Shown: positions 17,098 to 24,000 of the stretch, in pieces
How the letters are laid out: each line of letters starts with the position of its first letter
Numbering within the stretch: position 1 is the stretch's first letter
NCBI RefSeq assembly: GCF_049860565.1
Contig: NZ_CP172056.1
Location: forward strand, 2,103,543-2,127,542
Reading direction: 5' to 3'
DNA: 24,000 nt
DNA from: Desulfitobacterium nosdiversum
GTDB taxonomy: Bacteria > Bacillota > Desulfitobacteriia > Desulfitobacteriales > Desulfitobacteriaceae
The notes under the pieces: model-generated
The model's database searches: none
The model's input: the letters and a program-made list of their open reading frames with translations, nothing else
Told to the model about the DNA's origin: nothing
Program-made: the position numbers and the translations under genes

Positions 17098-18765
17098 ATG
17101 CTTACAGAGATGCATGTCGAGAATTTTGCACTGATGGAGAATGTCCGTTTAAATTTTAAAGAAGGTTTAACGGTCTTTACCGGGGAAACAGGAGCGGGGA
17201 AATCCATGCTGATCGATGCCTTAGGATTATTGCTTGGAGGCAGAGCCAGCACAGATTTTATTCGCCATGGGCTTGAAAAAGCTCGAGTCGAAGGCGTTTT
17301 TGAAAATTTACCTCAAGGCTTGGCGGAGAAACTTGAGGAAGAAGGATATGCTCCGGAAGATGGACAGCTTTTTCTTTATCGTGAAATTAATATGAATGGT
17401 CGGAATGGATGCCGTGTGCAGGGGCGTACGGTTCCGCTCAGTCTTTACCGTGTCCTTTGCCAGGGATTAGTGGACATTCATGGGCAAATGGAGCATCAGT
17501 CTTTATTTAATTCCGAAACTCATTGTGATCTGTTGGATGCTTTCGGCGGAGAGGAACTTCTTCAGATTCTTAAACATGTTAACGAGCAAGCTCAAAACTA
17601 TCGTGCACTTTTAAATGAAGAAAAGGAGCTCTTATCCTCAGAACGGGATCGTGTTAAACGTGAGGAAATGCTGAGCTTTCAGATTAAGGAAATCGCTGCG
17701 ATAGAACCTCAGGTTGGAGAAGAAGAGGAACTGCAGCTCGAAAAGAAACGGTTGGGTAATCACGAAAAGCTTTTAAATTTAACAACTGAGCTCTATGCAA
17801 ATCTTTATCAGGCTTCTCAGGGACAATCCGCATATGATCTTTTAAGCGGGAGCCTTAAAATTGTTCAGGAGCTTGGCCGTTATGACGACCGCTTAGAGGA
17901 ATTAAATGAACCGCTTGAAACCATTTATTACAGTCTTGAAGATTTAATTGAACGAATCCGTTCTTATCAGGAAAATCTAGAGTTTGAACCCGGCCGATTG
18001 GATCAAATCGAGGAACGGTTAATTCAACTGCATCGTTTGCGTAAGTATGGTCTTACGGTTGAAGAAATTTTAAAAGCTAAAGAAGAGATGGAGGAAGAAC
18101 TTCATCGGATTACGCATCTTCAGGAAGGATTGGAACAGCTTCAAAATAAAAAGAAGCATGTCTTGAATGAATATAAAAAATGGTCCGCCCTGTTGACCGA
18201 AAGGCGCAGTGCTGTTGCTAAAAAGCTCGAAGAAGGACTTCACGTAGAATTATCAAGTCTTGGTTTAGAAAAAAGTCACTTTGAAGTCCATTTTATAACC
18301 GTTCAAGAACCACACCCAGGCGGAGCGGAAAATGTTGAATTTTATTTTACAGCCAATTTAGGCGAGCCTGCTAAACCCCTCGTGAAAGTAGCTTCCGGCG
18401 GAGAAATGTCGCGTTTAATGCTTGCGTTAAAAAGTTTGCTTGCAAAAATAGAAACCGTAGGAACGTTTGTTTTTGACGAAGTGGATAGCGGGGTAGGCGG
18501 ACGCACTATTCAAAAAGTTGGTGAGAAGCTGGCTAAAATTGCAGAGGCAAAACAAGTTTTTTGCATAACACATTCTGCACCGGTGGCGGCATTTGCTGAT
18601 GAACATTTCGGAATTATTAAGGAAACAGTAGGAGAAAGAACCCGGACAGCGGTTAACCGCTTAGATGAACAAGCGCGAATTGAAGAACTTTCCCGAATGC
18701 TTGGAGGATCAGCAGATATTTCTCTCCAGCATGCTGAGCAATTATGGCGTGCACGTAATAAGTAA
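17098..18765 (+). CDS. recN: DNA repair protein RecN
   Basis: MHVENFALMENVRLNFKEGLTVFTGETGAGKSMLIDALGLLLGGRAS; VASGGEMSRLMLALKSLL; TFVFDEVDSGVGGRTIQKVGEKL; QVFCITHSAPVAAFADEHF. Confidence 0.97.
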   Translation: MLTEMHVENFALMENVRLNFKEGLTVFTGETGAGKSMLIDALGLLLGGRASTDFIRHGLEKARVEGVFENLPQGLAEKLEEEGYAPEDGQLFLYREINMNGRNGCRVQGRTVPLSLYRVLCQGLVDIHGQMEHQSLFNSETHCDLLDAFGGEELLQILKHVNEQAQNYRALLNEEKELLSSERDRVKREEMLSFQIKEIAAIEPQVGEEEELQLEKKRLGNHEKLLNLTTELYANLYQASQGQSAYDLLSGSLKIVQELGRYDDRLEELNEPLETIYYSLEDLIERIRSYQENLEFEPGRLDQIEERLIQLHRLRKYGLTVEEILKAKEEMEEELHRITHLQEGLEQLQNKKKHVLNEYKKWSALLTERRSAVAKKLEEGLHVELSSLGLEKSHFEVHFITVQEPHPGGAENVEFYFTANLGEPAKPLVKVASGGEMSRLMLALKSLLAKIETVGTFVFDEVDSGVGGRTIQKVGEKLAKIAEAKQVFCITHSAPVAAFADEHFGIIKETVGERTRTAVNRLDEQARIEELSRMLGGSADISLQHAEQLWRARNK

Positions 18766-18769
18766 CTTA

Positions 18770-18955
18770 ATACTAAGTTGCGTTAAATATATCACATGCA
18801 TTAAAAGACACAAAATTAGGCCTGGCTGTCACATGACAGCAGCAAGCGGAGCAGGAGCGAAGCGCGGCTATTTGCGCCCGGAAAAGCAGTCAAGTGATAG
18901 CTAGGCCTTGCCCTTGAGTGGGACTATATATTATTTCATACGCAAATGAGTATAA
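18770..18955 (+). repeat. Interspersed structured repeat, copy 2 (about 186 bp, lacking 16 nt present in copy 1)
   Basis: ATACTAAGTTGCGTTAAATATATCACATGCATTAAAAGACACAAAATTAGGCCTGGCTGTCACATGACAGC... matches 7716-7917 in the same orientation, starting 4 nt after the recN stop. Confidence 0.9.
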
Positions 18956-19014
18956 AAATGATTATTTTTTAATTGTAAGTTTTGTTAATATAAAATTGTA
19001 AAGTGGAAATATTT

Positions 19015-19042
19015 AAGAAGGTTAGTCGCCTTCTTTTTTTTT
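19015..19042 (+). terminator. Rho-independent terminator at the end of the recN unit
   Basis: AAGAAGG (19015-19021) TTAGTCG CCTTCTT (19029-19035) followed by a T-run. Confidence 0.8.
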
Positions 19043-19218
19043 ATTTTTCAGCTTATCAAAAATAATCCTGTTTTTGTTTTGGAAATCATGGAACGGATTT
19101 TACAGGATGAAAAACAAGCAATATGGACAATTTAACATTAGATTTCAATTAAATAAAGTTTTTAACTGAAATCGGGGGAAAAAAAAGAAATTTGGGGAGA
19201 AAAAGACTGGAGGGTGAT

Positions 19219-20478
19219 ATGAGAGTGAAAACGAGGAGAACAGTCATCTTCGGAAGTCTTCTTCTCTGTACCTTCCTAGGAATTCAGCCTATGATTCAGC
19301 AGCTTGCGGGAATTCCAGAGTTTAAAGAGCAAAGTAATGAAGCTCTTCCTCAACTTACCGGATTATTTTCTCAAGTTGTCAAAGCTGAACCCAATGTTTC
19401 AACAAACGCAGTTATGGCTTCAACCGGAAAACCTGAAGTGATTCATGTTTCCTATAAGCTTTTCGGCTTATTTCCAATCAAAAATACAGAAATTAAGGTT
19501 ATGCCGGAAGTAAAGCTCATCCCTGGCGGTCAATCGATTGGAGTCAGCCTTCAAGCAAAAGGAGTTATGGTTGTTGGTCAAGCTGCTGTTACAGGAAAAG
19601 ACGGAAAGCCTGTTTATCCCGCTAAAGAAGCGGGCATCGAAATTGGGGATGTTATTTTAAAAGTTGACAATCAAGAGGTTAAAACGGATCAAGATGTAGC
19701 TAATGCAATTAACCAGGCGGGAATGAAACAAGGTTATGCAGAAATCCTTTGTCAGCGAAATGGCCAAACAACTCAAAAGAGAATTAACACCGTTTATTGT
19801 CCGGAAACAAATCGGTATCGCGTTGGGCTTTACGTTCGTAATGAAGCAGCCGGAGTGGGAACGCTAACATTTTATGAGCCTCAAAGTCATAAATACGGAG
19901 CTTTAGGACATGTTATCAACGATGCTGATACAAATCAAAAAATAGAAGTTTTAAATGGAAGTGTTATTGCTTCTTCAATCTATGCCATTGAAAAAGGACG
20001 CAGAGGTCATCCAGGAGAAAAAGTAGGTTCTTTTGTCAGCCAAACTTCTTTTTCCGGAAATATTGAAAAAAACTCTGTTTCTGGTATTTTTGGAATCATG
20101 CAGGGGCAAGTTCTTAATCCTTACTTTAAAGAAGCTATTCCTGTCTCTTGGGAAGCTGAAATTAAAGAAGGTCCTGCAAAGATTTATACGGTCCTGGAAG
20201 GAGAAACAATTGAGGAATTTGACGTTCAAATTGAACGAATCATGCAGAATCGAATCGATAGCAAAAATATGGTCATCCATGTTACTGATCCGCGTTTATT
20301 AGAAAAAACAGGGGGAATTATTCAAGGAATGAGCGGAAGTCCAATTATTCAAGACGGTAAAATTGTGGGTGCTATTACTCATGTTTTTGTTAATGATGCT
20401 ACCCGGGGTTACGGTGTTTTCATACAAAACATGCTTAAGGAAGCGGGAGTCATTTCCGGGCAAGATGAGGCCGCTTAA
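19219..20478 (+). CDS. spoIVB: SpoIVB serine peptidase (stage IV sporulation protein B)
   Basis: PDZ segment KEAGIEIGDVILKVDNQEV; catalytic region GMSGSPIIQDGKIVGAITHVFVNDATRGYGVFIQNML; adjacent to spo0A. ATG 19219 after GGAGGGTGAT (listed ORF starts 19192). Confidence 0.95.
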   Translation: MRVKTRRTVIFGSLLLCTFLGIQPMIQQLAGIPEFKEQSNEALPQLTGLFSQVVKAEPNVSTNAVMASTGKPEVIHVSYKLFGLFPIKNTEIKVMPEVKLIPGGQSIGVSLQAKGVMVVGQAAVTGKDGKPVYPAKEAGIEIGDVILKVDNQEVKTDQDVANAINQAGMKQGYAEILCQRNGQTTQKRINTVYCPETNRYRVGLYVRNEAAGVGTLTFYEPQSHKYGALGHVINDADTNQKIEVLNGSVIASSIYAIEKGRRGHPGEKVGSFVSQTSFSGNIEKNSVSGIFGIMQGQVLNPYFKEAIPVSWEAEIKEGPAKIYTVLEGETIEEFDVQIERIMQNRIDSKNMVIHVTDPRLLEKTGGIIQGMSGSPIIQDGKIVGAITHVFVNDATRGYGVFIQNMLKEAGVISGQDEAA

Positions 20479-20511
20479 ACATATTTCTCTCTAAATAATA
20501 AGAATCATATA

Positions 20512-20543
20512 TGGATAGTCATTATATGACTATCCAATTTTTT
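20512..20543 (+). terminator. Rho-independent terminator after spoIVB
   Basis: TGGATAGTCAT / TAT / ATGACTATCCA followed by ATTTTTT. Confidence 0.85.
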
Positions 20544-20668
20544 ATTTAAAAAAATTATAATTAGAGAATTTCATCTTTAACTTATGATATAATGGAAATT
20601 GCCAAAGTTTTCAAAATAAAAATTTTCTCAATTAATTTACGTTTTGTACATTAATTTTAAATATATAA

Positions 20669-20695
20669 GCAGGAAAATCTATACAATTGTCGAAT
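20669..20695 (+). promoter_or_regulatory. Candidate sigma-H promoter of spo0A with an overlapping 0A box
   Basis: GCAGGAAAA (20669-20677), 11-nt spacer, GTCGAAT (20689-20695), matching RNAGGAWWW-N11/12-RNNGAAT. TGTCGAA (20688-20694) matches the Spo0A box core. Confidence 0.6.
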
Positions 20696-20746
20696 TAAAA
20701 AACACTTCGATCTGGATAAAGAATCCAGAACAAGGAGGAGCAATAA

Positions 20747-21586
20747 ATGCAAAGACCCATTCGAGTTTTAGTCGCCGATGATAACCGTGAATTGATTGAA
20801 GTCTTGAGTGAATACATCAATCGGCAGGAAGACATGCAAATTGCCGGGGTTGCTTATAATGGAAATGAGGCACTTGATCTTATTTATCGAGAACAACCTG
20901 ATGTTGTAGTCTTGGATATTATCATGCCTCATTTGGATGGCTTAGGGGTATTGGAAAAGATCCAAAACGATATTCAAAAACCACATGTTATAATACTAAC
21001 GGCGTTTGGACAAGAAAGTATGACTCAACGCGCAGTCCGTCTTGGCGCAGATTATTTTGTTTTAAAGCCCTTTGATTTAGATACGCTTGGGAAAAGAATT
21101 CGCCAACTGCAAGGGGCAGAATCCGTAAATGTTAATCAGGCTTCTTCTATGCTCGTAAAAAATGCAGTTAACAATTCTTCGATCGCAACCTCATTTGCCT
21201 CAGGCAATAGCAGTTCTGAAGGTATTCCCAATTCACGCAACTTGGAAGTTGAAGTTACACGCATGATTCATCAAATGGGAGTACCGGCCCATGTTAAAGG
21301 ATATCAATATTTAAGAGATGCAATTGTGAGTGTTGTTCAAGAAGTATCGCTTTTAGGAGCTGTTACGAAAGAACTTTATCCTTTGATTGCTGAAAAATAT
21401 GACACGACACCCAGCCGTGTGGAACGTGCCATTCGACATGCCATTGAATTGGCTTGGGATCGGGGAAATATCGAATTTATGAATCGATTCTTTGGTTATA
21501 CCATTAACGTTGATCGGGGTAAACCAACAAATTCAGAATTTATCGCAATGGTTGCCGATAAGCTGCGTATGGCAAGTTTATTGTAA
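20747..21586 (+). CDS. spo0A: Sporulation transcription factor Spo0A
   Basis: Receiver: [47 protein letters not shown]. Output domain: [55 protein letters not shown]. Confidence 0.97.
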   Translation: MQRPIRVLVADDNRELIEVLSEYINRQEDMQIAGVAYNGNEALDLIYREQPDVVVLDIIMPHLDGLGVLEKIQNDIQKPHVIILTAFGQESMTQRAVRLGADYFVLKPFDLDTLGKRIRQLQGAESVNVNQASSMLVKNAVNNSSIATSFASGNSSSEGIPNSRNLEVEVTRMIHQMGVPAHVKGYQYLRDAIVSVVQEVSLLGAVTKELYPLIAEKYDTTPSRVERAIRHAIELAWDRGNIEFMNRFFGYTINVDRGKPTNSEFIAMVADKLRMASLL

Positions 21587-21632
21587 AACCTTTAAATTGC
21601 TTTATAAAGTTTAAAATAATTTATCGTTGCTG

Positions 21633-21688
21633 ACACCTTTTCATTCAATCTTTAATTAAGAGTGGAATGAAAGGTGTTTTTTATTTTT
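21633..21688 (+). terminator. Rho-independent terminator after spo0A
   Basis: ACACCTTTTCATTC (21633-21646) ... GAATGAAAGGTGT (21665-21677), one bulge, followed by TTTTTATTTTT. Confidence 0.8.
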
Positions 21689-21701
21689 AAATTAAAAAAA
21701 G

Positions 21702-21730
21702 TTGACAAGAAAATTTAACTATAGTACATT
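21702..21730 (+). promoter_or_regulatory. Sigma-A-type promoter for the 141-aa ORF
   Basis: TTGACA (21702-21707), 17-nt spacer, TACATT (21725-21730). Confidence 0.55.
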
Positions 21731-21810
21731 TTAAGTGAAAAAACTTACAAGTACAATGAATATAATAAGTAAGCGTTCAAGAAAAGATTAACAAATAGGA
21801 GGTAATCATT

Positions 21811-22236
21811 ATGTCGAATGGCTGTTTAGAATTAGAACGTATTCAACGATTTACTTCGGTCGGTCAAGATGGTGGCATAAGAGAACTCTGCGAGCTTGAA
21901 AAAGAAGAATATAATGAAATTTATAATGAGCTGATAAGCATGTATGAAGAAAAGGGCGGAAAGATTACAAAAGATGCTGAAATTCAAGTTATCAATAAAT
22001 TTACGACGAGTAATGATGAATGTATATCTCCTAAGGGATTAGTGAATGTAAGTCTGGAATATCTGGCCAAGTTGTTGACTTTTGCGAATACTGCAGGCAT
22101 TCAATGGGAAGTTAATGTAAGTGAAAACAACCACACGCATTTTAAAAACCTATATAACTTTAATGTAAAGCTAAAGTGCTTGAAAAGAGAATTCGTGGAT
22201 ATGGCTATAGGAAAGGGATTTAGGTGTCCAGGATAA
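21811..22236 (+). CDS. Hypothetical protein, 141 aa, no recognised family
   Basis: Consensus RBS AGGAGG (21797-21802), 8-nt spacing to ATG; promoter upstream and terminator downstream; acidic helical composition. Confidence 0.75.
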   Translation: MSNGCLELERIQRFTSVGQDGGIRELCELEKEEYNEIYNELISMYEEKGGKITKDAEIQVINKFTTSNDECISPKGLVNVSLEYLAKLLTFANTAGIQWEVNVSENNHTHFKNLYNFNVKLKCLKREFVDMAIGKGFRCPG

Positions 22237-22288
22237 AATAGTGTTTTAATGGTTATTAATTTGATGTAAAATAATATTGTTAGATTTG

Positions 22289-22317
22289 AAGCAGGTGAAT
22301 CTCCGTCACCTGCTTTT
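22289..22317 (+). terminator. Rho-independent terminator after the 141-aa ORF
   Basis: AAGCAGGTGA (22289-22298) ATCTCCG TCACCTGCTT (22306-22315) followed by TTGG. Confidence 0.65.
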
Positions 22318-22359
22318 GGTTTATTAAAGTTTAGGGATAAAGAGAGAAAAGAGAAGATC

Positions 22360-24000
22360 ATGGGAAGGGTTTTTACATTTTTGGTTACCTTATTGATGTT
22401 TTTTTCTTTTACTGTACAAACACAGGCATTGCCAGCAACAACCTCCACTGTAACTGCTTCAGCAGTTCATCGTTTTGCCGGATTAGACCGCTATGAAACG
22501 GCGGCAGCCATTGCTAAAGAAGGTTGGAGTCAATCGGATTATGCGATTATCGTTTGCGGTGATAATTACCCTGATGCTTTAGTTGCTGCGCCAGCCGCTC
22601 AAATGTATAAAGCCCCTATCCTTCTTTCATACAAAGATACTTTGCCACCAGTTACAAGACAGGTATTGATAAATCTAAGTGTTAAGAACGTTATCTTAAT
22701 CGGCGGGACAGGCGTTTTATCGGATAATCTTACTTCGGAGTTCATTGCGATGGGGATAACACCGAATAGATGGGCAGGTAAAGATCGTTATGAAACGTCC
22801 TTAATAGTAGCTTCACACATCAGCGATATCTCTCAAATTGCTGTAGCAACCGGTGAAGATTTTGCAGATGCTTTGTCCATTGCTTCTGTCGCAGCCCAAA
22901 AAAGTATGCCCATTCTCTTAGCTCCGCAAACTGAGATCTCTGACTCTACCCGTTCGTTTTTAAAGCAGCACAATCTAATGAAAACGTATATTATTGGCAA
23001 TCAAGAGCAAATAAGTGATGCTGTTGCGGCTCAATTTCCTAATGCGGAACGTATAATAGGTATAACTAAATATGACCGTAATATCGCCGTAGTCCAAGAG
23101 TTTAATGGAGATTTTACAGGGAACAGCGTTTATGTGGCAACGGGAAACGATTATGCAGATGCTCTAGCAGGCACAGCATTAGCGGCTCAGAATAAAGTGC
23201 CCGTCGTCTTGGTGAGTAACCCTCTGAGTGAAGCTACTCGCGTTTATCTTAATCAGTTTTTAGGGAATAAATCATTAATTATTCTGGGGGGAACAGGTGT
23301 GATTTCTGATTCTTTATTCCAGAATTCTAACCCGAACGTAACCAAGTTTAATACTGCTCCGCTTTTTGAAAGCTCTTTTATCCAATCCTGGTATTGTAAA
23401 GATTGGGACTTTACCCGTTGGCAAAATGAATTAACCATGTTAAAAGATGTTGGAATTAACGAATTGATTATTCAAAACACCTTTGATACTACTCCGGCCA
23501 ATAAAAATGCCAGTTACAAAACCACAATCCCGGGGTATCGCTCTAACTCAGTTGACCTCTTAGAGAATGCGTTAACAGCTGCTGACGCGATAGGGGTAAA
23601 AATAAGATTAGGGACTGGAGATAATGAGGATTGGTGGAGAAAAGGAGCTTCCGATTCAGTATGGTTAGCCGGTGAAGCGAATATGAACAAACAAATTGTT
23701 GATGAAATTGCGTCTAAATATACTTTTCATCCTTCATTCAGCGGCTGGTATTTATCCTACGAGATTTCAAACATTACAGCGACTACCCAGAGTGAACAGA
23801 GCAATTTAAATACTTTCTTTAAATCTATAGTCAGTGAAATGAAAGCAAAAACCTCGAATAAATCAGTAATGGTTTCTCCTTTTTACAATTCTCAATTAGG
23901 AATTCAAATAGGGGCGCAAGTTTCCCTGACTAATTGGGCTGTAACTCTTAAAAATGTGTTTAAAGGTACGGGAATAGATATTTTAGCTTTGCAAGACAGT
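22360..24000 (+). CDS. Partial secreted protein: signal peptide, three cell wall-binding repeat 2 (CW_binding_2) domains, then a probable DUF4434/glycoside hydrolase-like domain; continues past window
   Basis: Uninterrupted 547-codon frame to the window end, absent from the ORF track. Signal peptide MGRVFTFLVTLLMFFSFTVQTQA; repeats VHRFAGLDRYETAAAIAKEGW, PNRWAGKDRYETSLIVASH, AERIIGITKYDRNIAVVQEF; then SSFIQSWYCKDWDFTRWQNELTMLKDVGINELIIQNTFDTTP... HPSFSGWYLSYEIS. Confidence 0.85.
   Translation, partial: MGRVFTFLVTLLMFFSFTVQTQALPATTSTVTASAVHRFAGLDRYETAAAIAKEGWSQSDYAIIVCGDNYPDALVAAPAAQMYKAPILLSYKDTLPPVTRQVLINLSVKNVILIGGTGVLSDNLTSEFIAMGITPNRWAGKDRYETSLIVASHISDISQIAVATGEDFADALSIASVAAQKSMPILLAPQTEISDSTRSFLKQHNLMKTYIIGNQEQISDAVAAQFPNAERIIGITKYDRNIAVVQEFNGDFTGNSVYVATGNDYADALAGTALAAQNKVPVVLVSNPLSEATRVYLNQFLGNKSLIILGGTGVISDSLFQNSNPNVTKFNTAPLFESSFIQSWYCKDWDFTRWQNELTMLKDVGINELIIQNTFDTTPANKNASYKTTIPGYRSNSVDLLENALTAADAIGVKIRLGTGDNEDWWRKGASDSVWLAGEANMNKQIVDEIASKYTFHPSFSGWYLSYEISNITATTQSEQSNLNTFFKSIVSEMKAKTSNKSVMVSPFYNSQLGIQIGAQVSLTNWAVTLKNVFKGTGIDILALQDS

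Noticed and set aside
18665-18904. ORF spanning the end of recN and repeat copy 2
   Set aside because: Its C-terminal part is translated repeat sequence; the frame is not supported in copy 1.
9072-21586. Search for a novel system in the housekeeping block
   Set aside because: Gene content and order match the conserved Firmicute xseA-to-spo0A region; only the small membrane protein, the repeat and regulatory details stand out.
22101-22448. Minus-strand ORF across the end of the 141-aa gene and the start of the surface protein (also 23253..23438)
   Set aside because: It crosses a clear + strand terminator and two + strand coding ends; no motif or RBS.

Overview
This 24 kb window is mostly ordinary chromosome from a spore-forming Firmicute. 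The gene order and protein sequences look Peptococcaceae-like (Desulfitobacterium/Desulfosporosinus type), which is inference. Left part (1-7732): a sugar or sugar-acid module with a partial CUT1 ABC binding protein, two permeases, KDPG/KHG aldolase, a LarA-family (DUF2088) nickel-pincer racemase/epimerase homolog, a short-form 6-phosphogluconate dehydrogenase and an FGGY gluconokinase-like kinase. Middle (8006-21586): corA, then the conserved block xseA-xseB-ispA-yuiD-like-membrane protein-dxs-tlyA-nadK-mnmM(ytqB)-argR-recN-spoIVB-spo0A. Right end: a 141-aa orphan protein and a partial secreted protein, missed by the ORF track, with three CW_binding_2 repeats and a probable DUF4434/glycosidase-like domain. 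No CRISPR array, tRNA/rRNA, transposase or obvious defence system was seen. The least explained signals are non-coding. One is a GC-rich structured element of about 216 nt (5823-6038), closed by a 17-bp wobble-tolerant stem. The other is a two-copy interspersed inverted-repeat element (7716-7917 and 18770-18955), both copies immediately downstream of ORFs; a 16-nt indel separates them and removes the inner stems in one copy.
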